In this document: positions 36,883-46,155 of the stretch, piece by piece
Layout: each line of letters opens with the position of its first letter
Position numbering within the stretch: the stretch's first letter is position 1
IMG/VR virus record: IMGVR_UViG_3300042482_000702
Coordinates: 62,001-126,000 of that record
Direction: 5' to 3' (one strand)
DNA: 64,000 nucleotides
Made by a program: the position numbers and the translations under genes
The notes under the pieces: model-generated
What the model was told of the DNA's origin: nothing
Seen by the model: only the letters and a program-made list of their open reading frames with translations
Database searches by the model: none

Positions 36883-39252
36883 TTATTGAGAAACATAACT
36901 AATATTTTCCTCCTTTTTAATCCTGACCACATTGTCTGCCCAATTAGTGACTAATGGGTTATGTGTGATGACAAATATCTTATCAAAATACTCTTTAATC
37001 TTGGTAAAGAACTCTGATATCATATCCAAATTATCGTTGGATACCTTCCCGAATACCTCATCAAACACCACAACGTTCGCTCTTGGTAATGAACATATCT
37101 TACTCAACACCGCTCTCAACGCTAATGACGCAATTGACCTTTCATATCCGGACCCGGATGCCATTGGTTTTTCAATTTGAGTGTTATTATCAATCATAAG
37201 GAAATCTACCTCATTCTTGTCGTTAATCTTAACCTCTAACCTAAAGTGGCAACTATCCTCCAATAACCTCTGAAGTTCACTATTAATAAGTGGCATCATT
37301 GTTTTCATTATGAGTTTGGTTACACCATTTTTACCAAAGATTTCCAAATAGATTTTGTATATTTTTTCTTTCTCCGCTTCTTCCCCAATTTTTCTAATTG
37401 TCTCCAAGTTAGATGTTATCTTGGTTGTAAGATTGGTTATTGTAAATTTATTGTTAGAGATACTGGTTTCAATAGTTTTTTTCTCACCTTCAAGTTCGTC
37501 TATTCTAATACCCGCTTTGATTAACAATCCATCGGTTTTGTTATTTTCAATAACCTTATCCTGAACTTCGGTGTATCTATCCAACTTGGTTTTCAACGCG
37601 TCAATCATTAGTTGGAATCTCTCAACACTTAATTCATATTTTTCTTTAATAAGTTTGTTTTTCTCATACTCATCAAATTCTTTTTTAAGATTAACAAAAC
37701 CTTCCTCTTTGCTGGTTAACTCACGCATTAACCCCTCTAATTCCCCTTTGTGCGTGATAAACCCCGCAAGCCCCCCAATTTTTGCATTGGTAATTGCGGC
37801 GTTCATAAGTTCAATACCACAGTGTTCACATTTGATTCCACCATCGACAGAACTTTTAAGTTCCTCAATGTTTTTAATCTTTGCGTTGTTGTCAGCTTGT
37901 TTTACAACTAAATCCTTAATCTCTTGTTTTACCTCATCGTGTTTATCCTCGTGGTAAAATTCGGATGGTTCAACAACCTTAACCCCGTCTCTATCTGAAA
38001 TGGATTTGGTTTTTTGTATCTCCAACCCGTTAATCTCTTCTTGAACCTTATCCGGAGAAACCATTGTTAATTCCTTATCAATGTTATGTTTGGATTTTAA
38101 TAACCCATCTCTATATTCTTGACCTTTAAGGATTCTCTCTTTAGTATCACCCAATTGACCATCCAATGTAAGATTAGTTTCCGTTAGATTATCAATCGTA
38201 TCTTGACTGGTTTGGTTATCCGTTTTAAGTTGTTCCGAGTTATAGATGTTAGACAACATTCCTTTTGAAAATTCACTATAAATTTCTTTTGCTGTTTCTT
38301 CCTTACGCTTAAGAAAATCTAACCCCATAAACCTTGAGAGAACCTGACCCCTCGCCGTGGGTTTGGCATCAATTAGTTCTTCCAAGTTGGTGGCAGTGGT
38401 TAGGATGGTCATTAAGAAGTCCTCTTTAGTCCCGATAGATGTTTTAATAAACGCCTCGGTCTCTCTTCGTTGTTCTCCGGTGAAGTTCTGCAAACTACCA
38501 TCAGACAATCTTTTATAAAAGTCCAACTCGGTCTTAACCGTCCATTCATTCTTCTTGGATAACTTTCTCTCAATATTTCTCAATATGATATACTCATCAC
38601 CGTCAATTGTAATTTCACCCTTTACAGCAACTTTATTTCTTTCAGTGAATCTATTAAATATCTCCTCAGCCTTTGATGTCTTGGTGGTCTCATTAAAGAA
38701 TAAGAACATAAGTAAATCCACTGTAAGAACCGTCTTACCTCCAAAATTTGGTGGGTTTGATTCCACAACCGTAATCCCATCACATTTCTCAAAATCTATC
38801 TTCTGATTCTCACCATAGGATAGGAAGTTTGAAAACTCAATGTTTTTAATATACCATCGTTTAAATGGTGCCGCATCGGTTTGGGTCATTGATAATCTAT
38901 TATCCACAACTCCATTAAGTTGGTAGATATCATCATAATGTCCAATGTTCCCTTTTGACTCCAAGAATGAACGAACTAACTCTAATTGATAGTTCTCATC
39001 CAAAATGTTAAAGGAGATGTCTACGGTATGTGTGGTGTCGTCAGCAACCTTTGTTTTTGTAATAACATTAACATTGTTGGTTTCATACTTCTTTTGGAAA
39101 TAATGACGAACACTCTTTATCTTTTCTTGCGTAAAATTCTCGGCATAATCCTCCCACACAATCTGTAGGTAAGGATTATCCAAGTTTGTGATATCTAAAT
39201 CTTTTATCATTATTGTATAATTAAATTCTATTGCGGGATTAAATAAATCCAT
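36883..39252 (-). CDS. sbcC: SbcC/Rad50 (gp46-like) ATPase with about 120-aa N-terminal extension
   Basis: IEFSNFLSYG, Walker A variant NPPNFGGKT, CEHC hook, signature variant ASGSGYE, VFDEVFG, VITHN. Confidence 0.9.
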   Translation of the reverse strand: MDLFNPAIEFNYTIMIKDLDITNLDNPYLQIVWEDYAENFTQEKIKSVRHYFQKKYETNNVNVITKTKVADDTTHTVDISFNILDENYQLELVRSFLESKGNIGHYDDIYQLNGVVDNRLSMTQTDAAPFKRWYIKNIEFSNFLSYGENQKIDFEKCDGITVVESNPPNFGGKTVLTVDLLMFLFFNETTKTSKAEEIFNRFTERNKVAVKGEITIDGDEYIILRNIERKLSKKNEWTVKTELDFYKRLSDGSLQNFTGEQRRETEAFIKTSIGTKEDFLMTILTTATNLEELIDAKPTARGQVLSRFMGLDFLKRKEETAKEIYSEFSKGMLSNIYNSEQLKTDNQTSQDTIDNLTETNLTLDGQLGDTKERILKGQEYRDGLLKSKHNIDKELTMVSPDKVQEEINGLEIQKTKSISDRDGVKVVEPSEFYHEDKHDEVKQEIKDLVVKQADNNAKIKNIEELKSSVDGGIKCEHCGIELMNAAITNAKIGGLAGFITHKGELEGLMRELTSKEEGFVNLKKEFDEYEKNKLIKEKYELSVERFQLMIDALKTKLDRYTEVQDKVIENNKTDGLLIKAGIRIDELEGEKKTIETSISNNKFTITNLTTKITSNLETIRKIGEEAEKEKIYKIYLEIFGKNGVTKLIMKTMMPLINSELQRLLEDSCHFRLEVKINDKNEVDFLMIDNNTQIEKPMASGSGYERSIASLALRAVLSKICSLPRANVVVFDEVFGKVSNDNLDMISEFFTKIKEYFDKIFVITHNPLVTNWADNVVRIKKEENISYVSQ

Positions 39253-39257
39253 TTCTT

Positions 39258-39773
39258 TTAATTCACTTCTTCAACCTCTTCTTGAATGGCATCTCCTCCG
39301 TCTCTTCTATCTTGAGCTTCCAACACATTGTCTAAATTCCAACCTTCATAAGCCGTTAATTTTACACAACCACCTTCCATCCAATAGTATTCCGACATCC
39401 ATTCATCCCATTTGGAATCAACCAACTTAATGAAGTTTTCGTCATTACCTCTATCTCGGTATCGTTTGATGAATTCCTCTTTTCTATCACTATCCGGATA
39501 AACCAAATAGAAGAAAATACAATTATCCAATAAAGCATCTCTAACTTCTTTATGTGAAGACACAAAGATGTATTTGTATTTACCAACATTCTCTTTGATA
39601 TGGGTAATGTAGTTCTGCGGAAACTCTGGATTTCTAACCTTTTCACCACCCTCATTAACAATCCAGCTAAAACCACTTGAATCGGAATCCAAAGTGGTGT
39701 TAGGGTTGTTTATATGATAAGTTGTTTTTCCCACTCCGGGAAATGCGGACACTATTTTAGTTCTCAACTTCAA
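39258..39773 (-). CDS. P-loop NTPase / kinase-like protein
   Basis: SAFPGVGKT, LDSDSS.F. Confidence 0.75.
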   Translation of the reverse strand: MKLRTKIVSAFPGVGKTTYHINNPNTTLDSDSSGFSWIVNEGGEKVRNPEFPQNYITHIKENVGKYKYIFVSSHKEVRDALLDNCIFFYLVYPDSDRKEEFIKRYRDRGNDENFIKLVDSKWDEWMSEYYWMEGGCVKLTAYEGWNLDNVLEAQDRRDGGDAIQEEVEEVN

Positions 39774-40020
39774 CTTCAGGTGTTAGAACCTCAGCTTCAA
39801 CGATGTTAATATCATTCACATCACCTAAAACTTCAGCATTTATATCCATTGTTTCACCATTCTCGTTTTGGTATTGAGCTTTCATTGTTTCCATTTGTTT
39901 CTCAAACATTTCGGTATACTCCGCTTGAGCTTTCTTTCTTAATCCTCTAAGAGAGTTATTTCTCGTTGTAACTCTTGTTTTGTGAGCCTTTGCTCCACCT
40001 CGTAATTTTGACTTTGGCAT
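39757..40020 (-). CDS. Hypothetical protein, basic N-term and acidic C-term
   Basis: 87-aa ORF. Confidence 0.7.
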   Translation of the reverse strand: MPKSKLRGGAKAHKTRVTTRNNSLRGLRKKAQAEYTEMFEKQMETMKAQYQNENGETMDINAEVLGDVNDINIVEAEVLTPEVEVEN

Positions 40021-40032
40021 GATTGTTTTTAT

Positions 40033-40542
40033 TTAATTGTTATTTATTTCTTTTTCTATTTCTTCTAAAGTTATTTCCGGTTCATTTTCAACCCGTCTAC
40101 TCAGTTCTTGTGTTAACATATCAGTAATTCGTTGATATGGGTTTTCATTTGACACCTCCATTTTAGACCGTTCTATTTTTTCTTCTGTTGAATCATCCCT
40201 ATACATTTCTAACCATTCAGGTCTTTCTTGGACTTGAATACTGTCCACCTTTTCAATCATTTTTTGAACCTCGGTTTTACTACCTTGTAACATTTTAGAT
40301 AGTTTAACTTTTCTCTCAATTGATTTGAATCGTGAGTAATAATCCCCACCAGTTAATTCATCAAAATTTATATCTATCTCATTTTGGTCCAAATATTCAA
40401 CAATATTCATAACCTCATTACTTTCATCACTGAGACCCATATCCGTTATCAATATAAAAAAATCAACACATTTGATTACTTTTCTAGTATAAGTTTTTTC
40501 TTTCAAAAATTTAATTACAAAATCACCTAATTTACTTTCCAT
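40033..40542 (-). CDS. Hypothetical protein
   Basis: 169-aa ORF. Confidence 0.7.
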   Translation of the reverse strand: MESKLGDFVIKFLKEKTYTRKVIKCVDFFILITDMGLSDESNEVMNIVEYLDQNEIDINFDELTGGDYYSRFKSIERKVKLSKMLQGSKTEVQKMIEKVDSIQVQERPEWLEMYRDDSTEEKIERSKMEVSNENPYQRITDMLTQELSRRVENEPEITLEEIEKEINNN

Positions 40543-40545
40543 ATT

Positions 40546-40893
40546 TTAATTTTTCACCGGTCTGTTCTCCTCAAACCATTCAACAATAGAATTTATTATC
40601 CACACAGCTCCTGATGATAATATCCCATCAAAGAACCAAGACACATTTTCGGAAATACCGAATAACTGGTGTATTGGAGAGTATAATAAAAAACTCAATA
40701 GGAATCCACCCCAAGTACTAAAACACATTGGGCAGGTTAATATACCCGATATAAAGTGTCCTAATCCGTTAAGTGGTGTGTATTCATTATTCCCCCATTT
40801 TTGGAAGAAATTTCTGAATCCCTGAAAGATTGACCCGTATACCATAATGTTCATAAGCCCGTAGCTTAAAATGAACCAAACTAATATTTCCAT
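40546..40893 (-). CDS. DUF1360-like membrane protein
   Basis: Hydrophobic helices around LTCPMCFSTW. Confidence 0.6.
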   Translation of the reverse strand: MEILVWFILSYGLMNIMVYGSIFQGFRNFFQKWGNNEYTPLNGLGHFISGILTCPMCFSTWGGFLLSFLLYSPIHQLFGISENVSWFFDGILSSGAVWIINSIVEWFEENRPVKN

Positions 40894-40894
40894 A

Positions 40895-41701
40895 TTATAA
40901 ATTTTCTGTTAAGTTAGAACCTTTCATATAAACCGCTCCACGCTCCATATTACTCGATTCCAATTGTTTATTTATTTTTTCAAGCTCTTCTATTCTTGTG
41001 TTCTTTAAAGATAGTTCTTTTCTTAATTTCTGTAAAGTTTCTTGGATAAGTTTTAATTTATCATTTCCGGAATCAACCTCAACAATAACTTCTTTAATTA
41101 CCTCCACTATCTTCTCTACCTCAACTACTCTATCCACCGGAACTTCCTTAATAACCTCCACTATCTTCTCCACCTCAACAACTCTATCCACCGGAACTTC
41201 CTTAGTAACCTCCACTATCTTCTCAATAATAATTGGTTCAGATTCGTCCCTTTTTTCCTCTATAATTGGGACGGGAACTTCTACTTTTACCTCCCTAATG
41301 ACTTCCCTATCAACATATTTGATGACTTCTATTTCCGTGGGGGGACTCGGAACTTCTTTAATGATTTCTACTTCCTTAATAACCTCAACCGGAACCTCAC
41401 GAATTACTTCTTTGATAACCTCAACCTCTTTGATAACCTCAACCTCTTTGATAACCTCAACCTCTTTGATAACTTCAACAGGAACTTCTACCCGTATTTC
41501 ACGGATTACCTCAATTTCTACCTGTTTTTCCTCAACAATACTCGTTTTTCCCGAATCATCACCAAGTAACCCATATTTAGTTGTGTTAAATCCACCAGTA
41601 AAACATTTTACGATGAATTTATCAATGTCCTCAATATTGTTTAATTTACAATACTCATTAACACTAGTTAATTGACTATTCGTTAACTCTATTCGATTCA
41701 C
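40895..41701 (-). CDS. Protein with (E/K)V(I/V)KEVPV low-complexity repeats and C-terminal coiled coil
   Basis: 18-bp unit x4 at 41408-41479 and 60-bp-period duplication at about 41110-41225; GTG start. Confidence 0.75.
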   Translation of the reverse strand: MNRIELTNSQLTSVNEYCKLNNIEDIDKFIVKCFTGGFNTTKYGLLGDDSGKTSIVEEKQVEIEVIREIRVEVPVEVIKEVEVIKEVEVIKEVEVIKEVIREVPVEVIKEVEIIKEVPSPPTEIEVIKYVDREVIREVKVEVPVPIIEEKRDESEPIIIEKIVEVTKEVPVDRVVEVEKIVEVIKEVPVDRVVEVEKIVEVIKEVIVEVDSGNDKLKLIQETLQKLRKELSLKNTRIEELEKINKQLESSNMERGAVYMKGSNLTENL

Positions 41702-41780
41702 GCTCTTTGTCTTCTTGTTCTATTTTTTTAAGTAATTCTTCCCACTCCTCATCGGAGTATTTATGTCTAAGATTTCCCAT
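41676..41780 (-). CDS. Small protein MGNLRHKYSDEEWEELLKKIEQEDKERESNRVNE
   Basis: Hand translation; fills the gap between coupled genes. Confidence 0.5.
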   Translation of the reverse strand: MGNLRHKYSDEEWEELLKKIEQEDKERESNRVNE

Positions 41781-41782
41781 AT

Positions 41783-41989
41783 TTATTTTTTCACACCAAA
41801 TTTAACACATTTATACCAAAATCTCTCATGTAAATAATACAATACCATTTTAGTTATAACCTCAATACCACCTATTGATAACCCCAATTTTAAACTACCC
41901 GTTATCAACCAACTTAAAATCACGGTATCTATTGTACCAATAATTCTCCATGTGATTGTTTTAATTAGATGTCGTTTATAACTTACCAT
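41783..41989 (-). CDS. DUF2061 membrane protein
   Basis: KTITWRIIGTIDT...E...K..LYYLHERFW. Confidence 0.9.
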   Translation of the reverse strand: MVSYKRHLIKTITWRIIGTIDTVILSWLITGSLKLGLSIGGIEVITKMVLYYLHERFWYKCVKFGVKK

Positions 41990-41990
41990 C

Positions 41991-42770
41991 TTAATTCACT
42001 AATCTTTCTGTTCCATTTATTATATCGTCAAATGATTTCATCTTAAATGACAAAAAAGGTTTTGGATTATCCAAATCAACAAAACTATACTCATCACTAT
42101 CTAAATCATAAACTCCGAATCCGTGTTTGTTTATACTTTCCCCAAAATTTTGCTGAATAGTAGAACCAATCATCACACCTCTTTTACCATTTGGTATGTT
42201 AAATGTTGCTCGTTTATGAACATCCCCACATAACACAAGGTCAAGACCGTTAAATTTTTCTGTGTCATATGCGTGAGAACCAAAATCAAAACCCAAATCA
42301 GTTGTTAATCCCGCAACCGGGTCGTGAAACAACCCAATCTTAAATCCAACCGCTGTATCAATCTCTGGTGGAATATTTCCTTGAAATTGTGAATATACAC
42401 ACCAAGACACATTTTCATCCTCGTAGATACCTCTATTCTTGTAATAAACAATATTGGGGTTATTTAAGTTATCCACAATTGGTGTGATACTATCCAACCT
42501 ATCATTATTGTTTATTAACGCATCGTGATTTCCCGGTATAAGTATTGTTTTAGCAATTGATGAACATTCTGTTAACACCCAAGACGCTATTTCTATAACT
42601 TCGGGTGTTAGTTGATTTTTAGAATGTAAGAGGTCACCGGTGAAGACAATTCTATCGGGACTAATCTCTCTAAATTTTTCTAACATATTATTTAAAACAC
42701 TACGATATAAATCGTGGTCTTTAAATAATTTTAGATGTAAATCACTAAAGTGAACTAATTTCTTTATCAT
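41991..42770 (-). CDS. sbcD: SbcD/Mre11 (gp47-like) metallophosphoesterase nuclease
   Basis: FSDLH, TGDLLH, GNHD, GLFHD, GDVH motifs. Confidence 0.9.
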   Translation of the reverse strand: MIKKLVHFSDLHLKLFKDHDLYRSVLNNMLEKFREISPDRIVFTGDLLHSKNQLTPEVIEIASWVLTECSSIAKTILIPGNHDALINNNDRLDSITPIVDNLNNPNIVYYKNRGIYEDENVSWCVYSQFQGNIPPEIDTAVGFKIGLFHDPVAGLTTDLGFDFGSHAYDTEKFNGLDLVLCGDVHKRATFNIPNGKRGVMIGSTIQQNFGESINKHGFGVYDLDSDEYSFVDLDNPKPFLSFKMKSFDDIINGTERLVN

Positions 42771-42776
42771 TTTTAA

Positions 42777-43424
42777 TTATTTTTTAATTAATAAATAATC
42801 GCTAGTTTCTTCAATTGATTCAACTATTTCATATCCAATATTTATTAAGAATTTTATAGCAAGACCAGAAAAGTCTTCAATCCAAATAATTGGATTATGA
42901 GTTAGAATTAAATTCACCATTCCTTCTAATGCGGAAATTTCATGACATTCAATATCCATCTTAACAAATGTTAATTTTTTACCCAATAAATTCATAGAAT
43001 CTAAAGCCATTACTAAATTTTGATTATTACCATCATTAGTAATTCCTATACCACCAGCATTTGATAATAAAAAATCTGTAAAACTTACTAATGATGTATT
43101 ACTTCCAACACCAATATTAAAACAAAACATATTCGGAAAAGTTTTAAAATTTTGTCTCAACAAACTAAAATTATTAAAATCAATTTCAAAAGCCCATATT
43201 TCAATATTTGGTAAATTTTTCTTAAATTGAAGTGAATTACTACCTATGTTAGCACCAATATCAAAATATAATCCGTCTTTTGGGAAATATTTAAACCACT
43301 TTTGAAATACCTCAAATTCCCAAAAATTACCATACTTTACAATATCATCTGACACACATTCAGGAGAATCATATATCACCATAGGAACTCCTTGTATACT
43401 TATCAATCTTGTTTCTCTTTTCAT
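42777..43424 (-). CDS. FkbM-family methyltransferase
   Basis: FDIGANIG, WAFE, LDS, FVKMDIECHE. Confidence 0.9.
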   Translation of the reverse strand: MKRETRLISIQGVPMVIYDSPECVSDDIVKYGNFWEFEVFQKWFKYFPKDGLYFDIGANIGSNSLQFKKNLPNIEIWAFEIDFNNFSLLRQNFKTFPNMFCFNIGVGSNTSLVSFTDFLLSNAGGIGITNDGNNQNLVMALDSMNLLGKKLTFVKMDIECHEISALEGMVNLILTHNPIIWIEDFSGLAIKFLINIGYEIVESIEETSDYLLIKK

Positions 43425-43606
43425 TTTTCAATTTTCCAATTTAATAATCCCCATACTAAAATTAAAGTAGATATTCCTACCCACCATATCCACTCATTAT
43501 GAAATTTAACCCCATTAATTAACATAATAGCGTACGATATTGTTGGTATCCACCACAATGATGCTGTACAAGGAGCACACATATGTTCTTTTTTAATTAT
43601 TTTCAT
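43421..43606 (-). CDS. Small membrane protein (CAPC motif)
   Basis: Two hydrophobic helices. Confidence 0.6.
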   Translation of the reverse strand: MKIIKKEHMCAPCTASLWWIPTISYAIMLINGVKFHNEWIWWVGISTLILVWGLLNWKIEK

Positions 43607-43821
43607 TATTTATCAAATAATTTAAAATCTTCATTAACATGCCCACAATCATCACATCGGTAAGTAGGAAATGGGACAATTGTATCTTCCTGACTTCCTG
43701 TTAATAATTTGTTTACTTTTTTTATCATAACCACTTCCTTGAAGTAGATGCTTCCGCATTCCTCACACTCAAGGGTAGGTTGTTTTTTTAAATCTATTTT
43801 TGGTTGCAATAAATCGTCCAT
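43606..43821 (-). CDS. Zinc-ribbon protein
   Basis: CEECG...YRCDDCGH. Confidence 0.8.
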   Translation of the reverse strand: MDDLLQPKIDLKKQPTLECEECGSIYFKEVVMIKKVNKLLTGSQEDTIVPFPTYRCDDCGHVNEDFKLFDK

Positions 43822-43850
43822 ATATTTTTTTCTCTAAATTTAGTTGTTAA

Positions 43851-44717
43851 TTACTTACTAGTCAAATATTTTTTCATATCCATATCCAAGATAGTTTCCT
43901 GAACTCCTTTTGGGACACGGAATTCTTCATATCCGCCATTTTCTTTAACAAGAACAATAACACACCCGTATAGTTTAATATTTTCGTATTTGGTACCCTC
44001 TAACATTTTGATAAGGAGTTTCCCGTAAAAAGGTAATTGTGTAAAGTAATGTCCCAATGCGTTGTTTGGTAATTTATCAAATGGTTCATACATTCTTTTA
44101 GTAAAAAATGATTCCTCAAAGTTTTTTGGCTTATTTGATTTCCAATCTGTTATCACCAAACCAAACTCGGTTTGTTCTTTATTCATAATCAACCATACTT
44201 TATCCGGTTGACCAGTATATTTTAATTCAGGGTCTCCCAAGACAATCTCCGTATCCAATAACACAGCACCCCTCTCAACCATAAGGTTTAAATAAGTTGT
44301 TCCTGCAGATATCATACTATCACCCTTTAATATTTGGGTAAAATCACATTCAAAGATTGGTTGTCTCACTTCCTTGTAATCCCCAAACATCTCTATGGTT
44401 TTCTTCTCCAACATATAATGGACTCTACTACCCATATTGGTTGAATAGTCACCAGCCGCCTTCCATTCATCTAATAGTTGTTGCTGAACTTCAGGGTCTC
44501 CCTTGGCTTTCTTTAATGAGATACCTTCGGTGTCAAATTCTTCATAGAAGTATTTCATTACCTTACTAACGGAGGGATAATCATTTCTAACAACCCCTGT
44601 CTCATCTTTCATATAATAAGTGTGGGTGTCCTCAACGAAGGTTAAATCAAGTTCCTCTCTTCGTTTATCCAATAACCCTCTAATCTCTTTCGCAACCTCG
44701 TTTAAATCTATTTTCAT
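43851..44717 (-). CDS. PD-(D/E)XK exonuclease (Cas4/YqaJ-like)
   Basis: YPSVSK, GSRVH, GQPDK, ITDWKS, QLPFY. Confidence 0.8.
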   Translation of the reverse strand: MKIDLNEVAKEIRGLLDKRREELDLTFVEDTHTYYMKDETGVVRNDYPSVSKVMKYFYEEFDTEGISLKKAKGDPEVQQQLLDEWKAAGDYSTNMGSRVHYMLEKKTIEMFGDYKEVRQPIFECDFTQILKGDSMISAGTTYLNLMVERGAVLLDTEIVLGDPELKYTGQPDKVWLIMNKEQTEFGLVITDWKSNKPKNFEESFFTKRMYEPFDKLPNNALGHYFTQLPFYGKLLIKMLEGTKYENIKLYGCVIVLVKENGGYEEFRVPKGVQETILDMDMKKYLTSK

Positions 44718-44723
44718 ATTATT

Positions 44724-44891
44724 TTATTTTTCAAAATTTGTTTTAAGATATTCAATTAGATATTTTGCATAACTAGTTAAATATTCATTACCCTCAAAGG
44801 TGAATACTGTAATGTTGTTTTGAATGGCGTTTTGGTACTCGTTTTTTAAATTTTTGAAGGTCGTCAAATCAAATGAAACTGTGTTGGACAT
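44724..44891 (-). CDS. Small protein MSNTVSFDLTTFKNLK...YAKYLIEYLKTNFEK (55 aa)
   Basis: Hand translation; fills an apparent intergenic gap. Confidence 0.65.
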   Translation of the reverse strand: MSNTVSFDLTTFKNLKNEYQNAIQNNITVFTFEGNEYLTSYAKYLIEYLKTNFEK

Positions 44892-44952
44892 AACTTATTG
44901 TTTTAATGTTGGGACAAAGTAATAACATTTATCTCATATAACCAAATAAAAT

Positions 44953-45852
44953 CTACTTTATTTCGTAATAATATTCATCAATATCACCTCTTAAATCCGC
45001 AACATCCTTATCCTCAGTTAGTTTAATGATTTTTATTTTACCATATAGTCTACCCCCATTTAACTGGTGATATAATTTAACCGAATCTTTCCAAGCATCA
45101 GAATCAAGACAAATGGTAATATCATTAATTGCTTTCTCATATAATGTTTCAAATAATAATTCTGACATATGTTTCCCTAACATAGGAATACTATTGGGTA
45201 AGAATAACCCATCAAACACACCCTCAACAATAAAAATCGGTTTAAACCAATCAATTAAGTTTTCATTAAATATAATTTCATCCTTTGGTGTTTCAGGGTT
45301 TTTATATTTGGCACGACTATTTGGGTCCCAACTTCTGGCAATAAAATAATTTAAATACCCCTTTTCATTATATGAAGGTATAATTACTCTACCACCGAAA
45401 CTACCCTTATCACAAAAACCAATACCGTACTTTTCAATAATATCATCTCCAATACCACGAATTTTAAGATAATTGTACGCCTGATTCCTAATTGGATATC
45501 TTGGACTACTATCTTTGAATAAAGTAAATCCTTCTGGGAGTACTAACCTTTTCTTTTTTTCTTCTCTTGGTTTATATTCTTCCGGTTGGAGAACATTATA
45601 AATTTTCTTTTGTTTTTTATTACCATATAAGTCAAATAATTTACCTAAAGGACCTTTGGTATTGTCCACATCCCCGCAAGACCAGCACTTATAAACATGT
45701 TGAAAATAATTTACCTCCAAATTACCTTTGTGTTGCCCTTCATCACAATTAACACAATCAAACGATATTTGACCCTTATGTCCATAGTGTTGTTTCTCGT
45801 CTCCAAGTATTTCTCGTAATAATTCTATTAAAATTTCCGCATCGTCTGACAT
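44953..45852 (-). CDS. DNA primase (Zn-binding + TOPRIM)
   Basis: CVNC...YKCWSC, YLKIRGI, RVIIP, ARS, KYKNP, VEGVFD, LDSD; start moved to MSDDAE. Confidence 0.9.
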   Translation of the reverse strand: MSDDAEILIELLREILGDEKQHYGHKGQISFDCVNCDEGQHKGNLEVNYFQHVYKCWSCGDVDNTKGPLGKLFDLYGNKKQKKIYNVLQPEEYKPREEKKKRLVLPEGFTLFKDSSPRYPIRNQAYNYLKIRGIGDDIIEKYGIGFCDKGSFGGRVIIPSYNEKGYLNYFIARSWDPNSRAKYKNPETPKDEIIFNENLIDWFKPIFIVEGVFDGLFLPNSIPMLGKHMSELLFETLYEKAINDITICLDSDAWKDSVKLYHQLNGGRLYGKIKIIKLTEDKDVADLRGDIDEYYYEIK

Positions 45853-45857
45853 AAAGA

Positions 45858-45865
45858 CAAAGATA
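45858..45865 (-). promoter_or_regulatory. Bacteroidota -7 box TATCTTTG
   Basis: Just upstream of the primase start. Confidence 0.55.
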
Positions 45866-45914
45866 ATAATAAATTTTATAATATCCAAACTACAAAAGTT
45901 TTATAAACCCTTTA

Positions 45915-45922
45915 TATTTATA
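45915..45922 (+). promoter_or_regulatory. Candidate late-gene motif TATTTATA
   Basis: Same motif 3-25 bp upstream of many structural/head genes (5045, 17576, 23759, 24717, 29688, 47074). Confidence 0.45.
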
Positions 45923-45939
45923 AAATATATTATAAAAAG

Positions 45940-46155
45940 ATGCCAATACAAATAACGATTAACGATATCACCGGTGCTTCACCATTTAATATCTATATAT
46001 GTGATGAACCTATCACAATATGTGTGTATGAAGAAACGATAACAACATTCCCATATTTGTTTAATGTCCCATCTATAATATCAGAACAATCATCTGTCAA
46101 TTTAAAAGTTATTGATAATAATGGTTGTGAATCAATTTTAAATTTAAATCTATAA
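45940..46155 (+). CDS. Small structural adaptor-like protein, paralogue of 16613..16918
   Basis: GASPFNIYICD...CVYEETI...LKVIDNNGC. Confidence 0.7.
   Translation: MPIQITINDITGASPFNIYICDEPITICVYEETITTFPYLFNVPSIISEQSSVNLKVIDNNGCESILNLNL

Noticed and set aside
43851-44717. Cas4 as evidence of a CRISPR system
   Set aside because: Solo PD-(D/E)XK nucleases are common in phage replication modules; no array or other cas genes.
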